Virus record (IMG/VR): IMGVR_UViG_3300021603_000005
Location: 1 to 64,000 of that record
Direction: 5' to 3' (one strand)
Source of the DNA: a virus
Taxonomy: Duplodnaviria > Caudoviricetes
Length of the DNA stretch: 64,000 nt
Positions 47,834 to 56,885 of the stretch are shown here, in pieces (position 1 is the first letter of the stretch; every line of letters begins with the position of its first letter). A program made the translations under genes and the position numbers. The notes beneath the pieces are model-generated. The model worked only from the letters and a program-made list of their open reading frames with translations. It made no database searches and was not told the DNA's origin.

Positions 47834-48507
47834 TGGCGGAACAGATAGAAAACACACAACAAAACATTATCGAAATCGAAGATGATCAGTATGTGTCACC
47901 AGACCATCGGCGTATCTATGTCTTTGGAAACATATCCGATGAAATAGGATTAAGAACAATACAAAAAATCCAACGACTTTCGACACAACCGGGTCCAATC
48001 TATATGTATATATCGTCTGATGGCGGAGATATCGATCCGTGCATGGCAATTATAGACCAGATGAGTGTATGTCCGTGCGACATTATAACTATTGTTGTTG
48101 GTAGGGCATGCTCTGCCGCAGCTATCATCGCTGAATTTGGAATCAAAAGATATATAATGCCAAATGCATTCATGATGTTTCATCCGATATACTATTGTTC
48201 GGGCGAGGATTATGTTGATCAACAAACCAAGATAGCTAAATTTTCGTCAGAGCAATATGACAATGCTTTGTCTATATTGGGTAAGAAATTAAGACGAAGT
48301 ACGCAAAAACTACGACAACTATTTGACAAGGGTCTATGGTTGAATTCTAAGGAAGCAATTAAACAAAAATTCGTAGACGGACTATGGACAAAAGAGCTTG
48401 AGACCCAGGCTATCAATAGTGTGTCTAGTGAGAAAAGCAACAGGGCGTTTATGGAATTGTTAAGGTTGTTCATCAATAAAATGTATCCATCCGAAACAAG
48501 GGGATAA
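47833..48507 (+). CDS. clpP: ClpP-family peptidase
   Basis: ISSDGG, ACSAAA (Ser), MFH (His), WLNSKEA. Confidence 0.85.
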   Translation: MAEQIENTQQNIIEIEDDQYVSPDHRRIYVFGNISDEIGLRTIQKIQRLSTQPGPIYMYISSDGGDIDPCMAIIDQMSVCPCDIITIVVGRACSAAAIIAEFGIKRYIMPNAFMMFHPIYYCSGEDYVDQQTKIAKFSSEQYDNALSILGKKLRRSTQKLRQLFDKGLWLNSKEAIKQKFVDGLWTKELETQAINSVSSEKSNRAFMELLRLFINKMYPSETRG

Positions 48508-48512
48508 TTGTA

Positions 48513-49001
48513 GTGACAAGAAGAATAACATCTGGATATCTTAACTACTATATCAAGTACTTCGACTCACTAATACGTAGCGCCATACGACTAAGGGGCG
48601 GTGCAAGAAAAGATTATGATGAGCTTTATGTCATAGCTGTAGAGGAATTACTATATTGTTTGTCTCGCTTTGATCGTAGGGGAGACAGTTTTCTGAAGTC
48701 ATTTATATTTGGACGAATCGTTGGTATACTTTCGCATCACGATACATGGATTAATAGATTGTCATATAGTCCAATACACAACGACAGTGCATACTACACA
48801 GAATCTCCAGATGATAAGATTTTAGTTGAAGAGTTATTAGATAGGCTAGACGATACGTCTAGGCGCATTGTCGTCGATCATTATATGAACGACATATCGT
48901 TTACGGACATAGCACAACAGACCGGTATTTCGTATGGGATAGTTTGGAGAAGGGGGCAAAAGGCGATAAGAGATCTAAAAAGGATGGTGTTGTGTGGATA
49001 A
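48513..49001 (+). CDS. small sigma70-family sigma factor
   Basis: Region 2-like (FD...F..F...RI) and region 4 HTH (SFTDIAQQTGIS...AIRDLK). Confidence 0.75.
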   Translation: MTRRITSGYLNYYIKYFDSLIRSAIRLRGGARKDYDELYVIAVEELLYCLSRFDRRGDSFLKSFIFGRIVGILSHHDTWINRLSYSPIHNDSAYYTESPDDKILVEELLDRLDDTSRRIVVDHYMNDISFTDIAQQTGISYGIVWRRGQKAIRDLKRMVLCG

Positions 49002-49674
49002 GATATTGAGAACTGTACCACTACAAACCCCGGTTAGCGATCTATATGTCTATTTGTCCGGACCAATTGACTTCGCGACAAACGCTACAGGATGGAGAAA
49101 CGTTATCACCAGCAGGCTTGTTGCGATGGGTTTTAGTGCAGATAGAATATATAATCCGTGTCGCAAACCACTACCGTCAGATCATTTTCTTTCTAAAAAT
49201 AGTGAGGGCGAATTACTAAAACAATATCGCAGCCTTAGAAAGTGGTCACAAAGAGACGATCTAGTTGACTTATTGGCACATATTGATCTGCGAATGGTCG
49301 ATAAATCCGACATAGTTTTTGTTAATTTTCCCAAGTTTGGCCCATCAGCATTCCAAAAAGAGATAGCCAATCTCAGTAAACTATCAATGAGTGATGATGT
49401 TTTTGCGTTTTGTAACAGCCTCATTGCGAAGTTATGTGACACGCGCGTTCAGACATACGGTACGATGCACGAGATTGTTGTAGCGAGACAACAGAAGAAG
49501 CCCGTTTTGGTTATTTGGGAAGGGGGGATAAGCGAGTCGTCTGGGTGGGTGTCTTGGCTGGTTGGCCATGAAAACATTTTCCCGACACTTGATGATGCAA
49601 TTGATCGTTTGGCACTAGTCTTAAACGGACAAAAGTTTGTGGATAATCGTCAATGGACAATATTTGGAAAGTAG
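48994..49674 (+). CDS. nucleoside 2-deoxyribosyltransferase-like protein
   Basis: YLSGPID...WR, DLRMVDKSD, GTMHEI, KPV. Confidence 0.75.
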   Translation: MDKILRTVPLQTPVSDLYVYLSGPIDFATNATGWRNVITSRLVAMGFSADRIYNPCRKPLPSDHFLSKNSEGELLKQYRSLRKWSQRDDLVDLLAHIDLRMVDKSDIVFVNFPKFGPSAFQKEIANLSKLSMSDDVFAFCNSLIAKLCDTRVQTYGTMHEIVVARQQKKPVLVIWEGGISESSGWVSWLVGHENIFPTLDDAIDRLALVLNGQKFVDNRQWTIFGK

Positions 49675-49681
49675 GTAAATA

Positions 49682-49954
49682 ATGGAAGACAAGGTTGAGA
49701 GTTTTGTAAAGGCTATGTCTGCGGCTGTCGAGGCATTGGCTGAGATTAACCCAGACGCACTGAAGTCTCTTGTGGAAAGCACAAATGTTCCTGTCGGGCT
49801 AAGGGATACCGCTAAGTTCAATTTGCCGGTAGACTTTGTTACGAGGGAAGAAGTGTCGTCGTTGCGCAGAAAACTTGCTGCATCTGTCGCAGCAGAGAAG
49901 TGGACCGAGGGGTTTGTGTTTGCGCTGTGGTTGGTACGAGCCTTGGCTGTTTGA
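49682..49954 (+). CDS. hypothetical protein
   Basis: RBS plus ORF. Confidence 0.65.
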   Translation: MEDKVESFVKAMSAAVEALAEINPDALKSLVESTNVPVGLRDTAKFNLPVDFVTREEVSSLRRKLAASVAAEKWTEGFVFALWLVRALAV

Positions 49955-49965
49955 GGAGAACAAAC

Positions 49966-50514
49966 GTGAAAAATATAATTTGTTGCATGGCTGTATGTTT
50001 GTTGCTGGTTGTTGGTTGCGGCAGAAGCATCAACGTCGCAGAAGACTCATTGAGTCGATATGTTAAAGTAAACGACGAAGTTAGGACTGCGTTATTCGTA
50101 AAGGCATGGGGGCTAAATCGAGCAGCAATTACTGAAAGTCGCCAAAAGCTAACCAAAACAGCAGAGTTGGCGCTGGTTGAGTCTGCCCAGGATGGTAAGG
50201 TTGATGCATCGATAGCAAGGAATGTAGTATCTAACCTAGAAACAGAGCTTGGAAAAGACGAGGTTGTCAGTAGTGAAAACTTTGCGTATCTATCATTCTT
50301 AATGGTCGCAGGCGAACGTGCCGACTCTCTCGGTGGAAACGTTGAGTTTTATTTAGAATCACAGAAACCAATCTGGAAACAGTTATCGTCAGAAGCAAAG
50401 CACGGAGTTGATTCTATTGTCGCTGAATTCGATGCGTGGGGCAAGATTATATCTTCGCTCAAGTCGTTGTTGCCGGATACCTGGACAAACACGACGACAC
50501 AAACATCTAACTAG
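49966..50514 (+). CDS. putative lipoprotein
   Basis: GAGGAG RBS; LLVVGC lipobox. Confidence 0.65.
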   Translation: MKNIICCMAVCLLLVVGCGRSINVAEDSLSRYVKVNDEVRTALFVKAWGLNRAAITESRQKLTKTAELALVESAQDGKVDASIARNVVSNLETELGKDEVVSSENFAYLSFLMVAGERADSLGGNVEFYLESQKPIWKQLSSEAKHGVDSIVAEFDAWGKIISSLKSLLPDTWTNTTTQTSN

Positions 50515-50536
50515 GACAATGTTTTCGGCTTTGTTA

Positions 50537-50560
50537 GTGGGCTAGATTAATCTGGCCCAC
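50537..50560. terminator. hairpin, possible terminator
   Basis: GTGGGCTAGAT/ATCTGGCCCAC; weak U-tract. Confidence 0.4.
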
Positions 50561-50583
50561 ATTCCATTCGTTTTGGAGCAATT

Positions 50584-51543
50584 ATGTCAAAAAGGGTTTT
50601 GGTTGTTGGTGGTGCTGGTTATGTCGGCGGCAGTCTTGTTGATCAATTATTATCACTCGGATATTATGTAGACGTATATGATTCATTGGTTTATGAAGAC
50701 ACGTATCTTAAACCAGTTAATTTCATATATGGAGATGTACGAGACTATAATGAGTTATCCAAGATTATTGATAACTATGACGTAGTGGTGTGGTTGGCCG
50801 CGATTGTTGGGGATGCCGCGTGCGCCACAGATCCATTCCTTACGAGATCCATCAATTATGAATCTGTTAAGTGGCTAGTGGATCATTATGGTGGTAAAAT
50901 AATTTTTCCTTCCACAGCATCGGTATACGGTATCAATAACAATCTAATTGACGAAGATGCCGCGCCTAATCCGCTGTCAGTATACGCCGAAACAAAACTA
51001 CTGGCAGAACAGTATATCCTGGATAAGGGGAACGGCAATGCGCTTGTTTTCAGGCTTGGTACTTTATATGGATTAGGTGATAGATTTAGCAGGATTCGGT
51101 TCGATTTGGTGGCGAATGTCCTTGCTCGCAACGCGGTATCTGGACGACCGCTGGTGGTTAATGGCGGCGAACAGTGGCGTCCACTATTGCATGTCAAAGA
51201 CGTGGCTGGAGCAATGACGTTTGGTATTCAAAACGATATTCATGGATTGTTCAATTTGAGTAAGGAAAATTGTCGTATTCGCGACATAGCGCAGCACATC
51301 AAGGGTGTTATTCCAAATGTTAACATCAGGTATGTAGACATGAACTTTGAGGATGCGCGTAATTATCGTGTGTCTAGTGATAGATATCGTTCTCTTGGAT
51401 GGAAGCCAGATCTTGACCTAGACGTAGGCATCACAGAAATCATGCAACTAATAAAACAAAAGAGAATAAGAAACGTTGACGACCCGTTGTTCAGCAACGT
51501 AGATTATATTCGGAGATTGACAACAGGAGGGTGGGTTCGATGA
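50584..51543 (+). CDS. NAD-dependent sugar epimerase/dehydratase
   Basis: GGAGYVG, YAETK. Confidence 0.92.
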   Translation: MSKRVLVVGGAGYVGGSLVDQLLSLGYYVDVYDSLVYEDTYLKPVNFIYGDVRDYNELSKIIDNYDVVVWLAAIVGDAACATDPFLTRSINYESVKWLVDHYGGKIIFPSTASVYGINNNLIDEDAAPNPLSVYAETKLLAEQYILDKGNGNALVFRLGTLYGLGDRFSRIRFDLVANVLARNAVSGRPLVVNGGEQWRPLLHVKDVAGAMTFGIQNDIHGLFNLSKENCRIRDIAQHIKGVIPNVNIRYVDMNFEDARNYRVSSDRYRSLGWKPDLDLDVGITEIMQLIKQKRIRNVDDPLFSNVDYIRRLTTGGWVR

Positions 51544-52319
51544 TAATACTTGGCGCTACCGGAATGCTTGGAAGACAATTGGTCAAACTGTTTCCAGGAT
51601 GGGAAAAGTACAGTTCCAAGGAATTTGATTTTTCAAAAATGGATGACATATATAGGTTCGCCAATTCCCTTGAATCGGACGATATCGTAATCAATGCGTG
51701 CGGACTACTTCGTCAACACCTGTCTGACGACCCAACCCCAGAGGAATATAATAGGGCATTTAACCTGAATTGTCTTCTGCCACAAGTGCTGTCATGGAGA
51801 TGTCGACTTATCCACATTAGTACAGATTGTACTATGGAAGGAACAAAGGGTAACTATACAGAGTACGACTTGCCAGACGGAAAAGATCTGTACGCGAGAT
51901 CAAAATCACTTGGCGAAGCACCGTCAAGAGCTATGGTCATACGAACATCTATTATAGGAAAGGAAGATAAGAATTTCAAAGGATTGATGGCATGGTTATT
52001 AAACCAAACCAAGGCCAATGGGTTTACAAACCACATGTGGAATGGTATGACGACAAATGAATTAGCAAGATGTATCAAGATGATCGTCGACAACAATTGG
52101 TTGGAACCAGGGCTGTTTCATCTGCATAGCGACACCGTAAGCAAGTACGATCTTCTTATGATGATCAACTCACACAGAAAAGATCCTGCTGTAATTACTC
52201 CCGTAGTGGCTGGCAAGGTTGTTGATCGAACACTTACCACTGTGTATCCAGAATTTCTTAGTAAGTTCAATATCAGGCCGCTGGCCCAACAAATCGAAGA
52301 GGCGATGAAAGATGAGTAA
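51540..52319 (+). CDS. RmlD-like NDP-sugar reductase
   Basis: GATGMLG, HISTDC, YARSKSLGE, RTSIIG. Confidence 0.88.
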   Translation: MIILGATGMLGRQLVKLFPGWEKYSSKEFDFSKMDDIYRFANSLESDDIVINACGLLRQHLSDDPTPEEYNRAFNLNCLLPQVLSWRCRLIHISTDCTMEGTKGNYTEYDLPDGKDLYARSKSLGEAPSRAMVIRTSIIGKEDKNFKGLMAWLLNQTKANGFTNHMWNGMTTNELARCIKMIVDNNWLEPGLFHLHSDTVSKYDLLMMINSHRKDPAVITPVVAGKVVDRTLTTVYPEFLSKFNIRPLAQQIEEAMKDE

Positions 52320-53403
52320 GCCGGTAGTTATGACGATATCTGGGATACGCCCAGACTTTATACGAATGTCAGAGGTGTACAAACAATTAGATATGCGAGT
52401 AACACACCTCTTATGCCACACTGGCCAGCATTTTGATCATATACTATCAGATACATTCTTCCACGAATTCGATATTAGACAGCCAGACTATAATCTTGAT
52501 GTCGGAAAAGATAGTCCAAGTCATTGGATGCAGTTGTCAAACCTAACCAAGCGACTGTTTGAACTCATAAAGAGAGAAAACCTAAAACCAGACCTGATCT
52601 TGTTTTTAGGTGATAGTAATTCTGTTTGCTGTTCTCTTCCGCTAAAGAAGGAAGGGTTCAAAATAGGCCATATCGAGGCCGGGATGAGATCTGGAGACAG
52701 GCGTATGTTAGAGGAGATCAATCGGATAACGTGCGACCATTGCTCCGATACATTGTTTACATACCATAACGACTACAGAGACAATCTACTCAGGGAAAAC
52801 ATCAAGACAGAAAACATACATGTTGTCGGCAACACGATAGTCGAAGTTTGTAGTCCACTGGCCGACAGACTGAAGCAACGGCCAAGCGCACGAAACCAAA
52901 TCATTGTCGATATACATAGACCTGAGTCGATTAATGATCCGAATAGACTGCACAATATTCTCCGTCTTGCAGAATATCTTGGCAACGTCTATCGGGTACC
53001 CGTTAGGTTCCTGAAATTTAGTCGCACGATGCGCGCTATCAAGAGGGCTGAACTTGACTTTGGCAATATCACACCGATTGCGCTTATGGGGTATGGCGAT
53101 TTTCTTCAAGCACAATACGATTCTGTTTGTCTAGTGTCGGACAGTGGAACAGCGCAAGAAGAGACCGCATTGCTTGGCACCCCGGTCTTGGTTCCAAGAG
53201 ACTATACCGAACGTCCACAGTCTGTTGTATTCGGATGTTCTATTATGGTCAACGCTAATGATGTTCGTCAAAAGGATGTGAATAGATATGTTGAATGGGT
53301 TGACAGGACACTAAGCGAACCAGATCGCATGAAAACGGAGTGGCTTGGAGACGGAAACACAGCACAAAGAATTGTAGAGATAATCGAAAGGACAATTCGG
53401 TGA
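52312..53403 (+). CDS. wecB: UDP-N-acetylglucosamine 2-epimerase (non-hydrolysing)
   Basis: GIRPDFI, HTGQH, HIEAGMRS, EEINR, SDSG, TERP. Confidence 0.9.
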   Translation: MSKPVVMTISGIRPDFIRMSEVYKQLDMRVTHLLCHTGQHFDHILSDTFFHEFDIRQPDYNLDVGKDSPSHWMQLSNLTKRLFELIKRENLKPDLILFLGDSNSVCCSLPLKKEGFKIGHIEAGMRSGDRRMLEEINRITCDHCSDTLFTYHNDYRDNLLRENIKTENIHVVGNTIVEVCSPLADRLKQRPSARNQIIVDIHRPESINDPNRLHNILRLAEYLGNVYRVPVRFLKFSRTMRAIKRAELDFGNITPIALMGYGDFLQAQYDSVCLVSDSGTAQEETALLGTPVLVPRDYTERPQSVVFGCSIMVNANDVRQKDVNRYVEWVDRTLSEPDRMKTEWLGDGNTAQRIVEIIERTIR

Positions 53404-54296
53404 TATACCTAAATGCTCAAGTGGTAAATTCTTCGTTTAACGATGATACATTTTGGAGATGGATTCATAGAGAACTTCCGAACGATACATTAATATGCCC
53501 ACCTCCCGATCAGATTAACCCCCACGACGTAGTGCTGCACTATTCCACGATGGGTGCCCCAAAACACCCAGATAACACAATCGCCTTATTGTGGGAATTG
53601 TATCCAGATATGAAAGATAAGCTAGGATCAAGTTCATGGGATCACATTTTGTCAGAGATAAAGAAATGTTCAACAGCTAAACGCAAGACGGTAACTAGCG
53701 ACTTGATGAGATCTTATTATGCTACATTCGGATTAATACACAAACTGCCGATAGGTATAGATACGGATCTCTTTAAGCCAGCCGACGACAAAAATGCGCT
53801 ACGGGCAAAATATGGAATCCCGCTCGATGCGAATGTCGGATTTTATTGCGGAACAAGTCACCCAATGAAAGGGGCTGATTTAGCGAAACAATATTTCATT
53901 GAACACCCAGATGTGTTCCCGTTATTGGTCTGGAAAAGTCCATATGAAAGATACAATATCAATGGAGGAAGACAATTCTGCGCGATACAGCAAGCACAGA
54001 TTGCTGAACTAATGGGTTGTTCGGACTTCTTTTTGTGTTGTGGAAGATTGCTTCCATTCTTCCTGGTCGAGTGGGAAGCGCTTGCGGCTAACCTGCCAGC
54101 AGTAGTAATTGGTGGCGTAGGGAGAGATTTTGTTCCTGGACAAAATCCGAGAGACCAGATATTTGACAAGGGGTGGGATAGGGCCAGTGCCCTAATAACA
54201 TGGATTGACTATATCAACGATTTGATAGACGACAACACAGATGGAGAAGGACCATTTATCGATGGCGGTAGCAAGAAAATAAAAAAGGCGAAATAA
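53400..54296 (+). CDS. GT-B (GT4-like) glycosyltransferase
   Basis: PIGIDTDLFKP, KG, EWEALAANLP. Confidence 0.8.
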   Translation: MIYLNAQVVNSSFNDDTFWRWIHRELPNDTLICPPPDQINPHDVVLHYSTMGAPKHPDNTIALLWELYPDMKDKLGSSSWDHILSEIKKCSTAKRKTVTSDLMRSYYATFGLIHKLPIGIDTDLFKPADDKNALRAKYGIPLDANVGFYCGTSHPMKGADLAKQYFIEHPDVFPLLVWKSPYERYNINGGRQFCAIQQAQIAELMGCSDFFLCCGRLLPFFLVEWEALAANLPAVVIGGVGRDFVPGQNPRDQIFDKGWDRASALITWIDYINDLIDDNTDGEGPFIDGGSKKIKKAK

Positions 54297-55051
54297 TGCG
54301 CAAAATAAGCATAGTTTCATTGATATATAGATCTATTAGGTTCGCCGACGCTGTTTACGATTCGGTCGTTAGACACACCCCGCTTATCCAGTCTGGCGAT
54401 GCAGAATTCTTCTTTGTGGCCAATGACCCGTCACAAAGCGTAGTCGACCACATACGTTCTCGCGGAATCAAATGTTTTGTTCAAAACAATGATCGCAAGA
54501 CGGAAGATGAACTATTCAGGGCTGGCATCGGTTGGCCCGAATACATTAGTAGGGTATACAAGGGGTGGAATAGGGCAATCCTTGAGGCACAACCTGTAGT
54601 GGTGTTGGTAAATAGTGATTGTCTGTTCTCTCCTGGGTGGCTTGAAAATCTATTAAAACATGCTAGTCCAGAACGCGTTGTGTGTTCACAGTTATTCGAG
54701 AGAAAGCATCCTAAGTACGGTATCTTCCCTGGTGCGTATCATGGCGAATTCGGTAATCATCCGGACAACTTTAATGATGATGCATTTTTACAAGCGGCAC
54801 AAAGCGTATCTCGTCCGATGTTGAGGCCGGGCGGTGCGTATATGCCATGTTTGTTTTACAAAGACATTGCTCTGAATGCCGGAATGTATCCGGAGGGCAA
54901 TATTGCTGGCAAGAGTTTTCGCCACATAGTCAGGTACGGGGATGAAGATTTCTTTCTTCGTCTTGCTATGCTTGGCGTGTCTCATGTAACCGCGATGGAT
55001 TCTATTGTCTATCACTTTAAGGAAGGCGAAATGGAGGACATTGGTGTATAA
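54296..55051 (+). CDS. GT-A (GT2-like) glycosyltransferase
   Basis: WNRAI, VNSD...WLENL, GDEDFF, VYH. Confidence 0.75.
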   Translation: MRKISIVSLIYRSIRFADAVYDSVVRHTPLIQSGDAEFFFVANDPSQSVVDHIRSRGIKCFVQNNDRKTEDELFRAGIGWPEYISRVYKGWNRAILEAQPVVVLVNSDCLFSPGWLENLLKHASPERVVCSQLFERKHPKYGIFPGAYHGEFGNHPDNFNDDAFLQAAQSVSRPMLRPGGAYMPCLFYKDIALNAGMYPEGNIAGKSFRHIVRYGDEDFFLRLAMLGVSHVTAMDSIVYHFKEGEMEDIGV

Positions 55052-55067
55052 GATTATAGAGAAAAAC

Positions 55068-55490
55068 ATGCGTAAAATTGTGTCGGCGACAATCTTCGTT
55101 TTATTGATAGTTGTACTGAACGTGTGGTATAATCATTTCAGAGATAGTCTTAGCGAGAACGAAGTATCTATAATTACGTCCGTCGCGATTAACGTACTTC
55201 TAACAGAAAATGACGTATCACAACAGGATGCCATAATTCTACTTCGATATGTTGACGCCGTACACGACGTACTGGTTTCTGAACCTGAAAGAGATTTTCA
55301 AAAAGCGAGAGAATTGGTTATATCTCAATTACCAGAGCACCTGAGATTCATTGGAAATCGAATTGTAGATCTTGTCGAGGTATATACTGATAAATATATG
55401 CAGAATGGCGACAACGCCGAAAAAATAGAGTTCGCCAAGGTTGTGGTCCGTTTTGTCAAAAATGGAATTGAGTCGTATGTCACAGGTTAA
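55068..55490 (+). CDS. membrane-anchored hypothetical protein
   Basis: N-terminal transmembrane helix. Confidence 0.65.
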   Translation: MRKIVSATIFVLLIVVLNVWYNHFRDSLSENEVSIITSVAINVLLTENDVSQQDAIILLRYVDAVHDVLVSEPERDFQKARELVISQLPEHLRFIGNRIVDLVEVYTDKYMQNGDNAEKIEFAKVVVRFVKNGIESYVTG

Positions 55491-55794
55491 TTGTCTCTTC
55501 AATCCGTTTGTTGTTGATGATGATTTATTGATGGTAGAATTTGCCGTACCGGGTAGAACGCACACGGATATTGTTGTTGAGATAGGCGACGATAGATCGT
55601 TGATCATTATTGCCAAAGAGATAAATTCACTTGATGGATCTATCGGTAGCGTCCCTATGCAATATCAAACTTCTCCCGTAGACAATAAGTGGGATCTTAC
55701 ACATATCGAAACTGTCTGTTCTCACGGATTGCTGACGATCAAAGTACCGGCTATTAGTAATGTAAATCCACGATACTACGTGAGCCCGAATTGA
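55477..55794 (+). CDS. Hsp20/alpha-crystallin-like protein
   Basis: EFAVPG...DI.V...GLLTIKVP. Confidence 0.7.
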   Translation: MSQVNCLFNPFVVDDDLLMVEFAVPGRTHTDIVVEIGDDRSLIIIAKEINSLDGSIGSVPMQYQTSPVDNKWDLTHIETVCSHGLLTIKVPAISNVNPRYYVSPN

Positions 55795-56390
55795 TGCTAG
55801 GCATTATCAATAACATCGTGTTGAATAAGTCGACAATAAAGGCATTATTGCCATACATTTCACAACTACAAAGAAGCATGTATGTTCGCCAAAGAACTGG
55901 TACGGTTTTCCAGCACACACAAAGGGTGGTTGACCTTTTGCAAGTTCGCAATGTCATTACGGTATGTTGTGCTGTATTTCATGATCTTGGTAAATGTCGT
56001 AGTTTTAAGTCCCATCAGCTTATCTCGTCTGATATAGCCAGAGCATTCTTTACGCAGCATGGGTTTGAATATCAAATGATTTCTTCGATTGATAGAATAA
56101 TTAGATCGCACATGTATGATCTATGGCCAGTAGCGCTTTCTCCAGATAAGATGACTGACAAATTGATCGCCAGCGTTGGGCTATCTAATATGACTAATTG
56201 GTTTGCCTTAAGGCGCGCGGATATTGCATCATACGGAAATCCAACATCAATGAAACTTGTTGATGATGTACAACAACTAATAAAGAGTAAACTTGAACAA
56301 CATGGAAGCGATTTAGAACTATTGTCTTCACATAGTATCGCAATGTCTGGTAAAAGCGAAATGCGGAATAGTGTTCAATGCTGGATATAA
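55791..56390 (+). CDS. HD-domain protein (CCA-enzyme C-terminal type)
   Basis: VFQHT, FHDLGK, H..IS, HM, RRAD. Confidence 0.8.
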   Translation: MMLGIINNIVLNKSTIKALLPYISQLQRSMYVRQRTGTVFQHTQRVVDLLQVRNVITVCCAVFHDLGKCRSFKSHQLISSDIARAFFTQHGFEYQMISSIDRIIRSHMYDLWPVALSPDKMTDKLIASVGLSNMTNWFALRRADIASYGNPTSMKLVDDVQQLIKSKLEQHGSDLELLSSHSIAMSGKSEMRNSVQCWI

Positions 56391-56884
56391 AAAGACCATC
56401 CTATGATGAATGGTATCTATTTATGGCATTTTGGATTTCTCGTCGAAGTCCAGATCCAAGTACTAAACATGGATGTGTATTTGTAGATAAGCATAACAGA
56501 CCAATCTCGTTTGGGTATAATGGGTGTCCACCCAACACCAAAGATGATAAAGGTATTCTGAGCAATAGACCCCTAAAGTATTATATAGTGATACATTCAG
56601 AAGAAAATGCTATAATAAATGCGTCAAAGTCACTTAGGGGATCAACAGCATATATCACCGGAGAACCATGTTCTAGATGTCTGTCAAAACTAATATCGGC
56701 TGGTGTATCGAGAATAGTGTGTGGTGCAACAAGGTCCAAGTGCATTGTTGATGATGTGCATGATAGGGAAGCCAGGAGCATCTTACTAAGAGACCATGAC
56801 ATTAAAATTGAGATGTTGAAAATGAATATGGATACAATACGTGCGAACATCGATGCGATCTTCGGTGTCATAGAAGGGAACTAA
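56378..56884 (+). CDS. dCMP deaminase
   Basis: RSPDPSTKHG, GYNG, HSEENA, PCSRC. Confidence 0.92.
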   Translation: MLDIKRPSYDEWYLFMAFWISRRSPDPSTKHGCVFVDKHNRPISFGYNGCPPNTKDDKGILSNRPLKYYIVIHSEENAIINASKSLRGSTAYITGEPCSRCLSKLISAGVSRIVCGATRSKCIVDDVHDREARSILLRDHDIKIEMLKMNMDTIRANIDAIFGVIEGN

Positions 56885-56885
56885 A

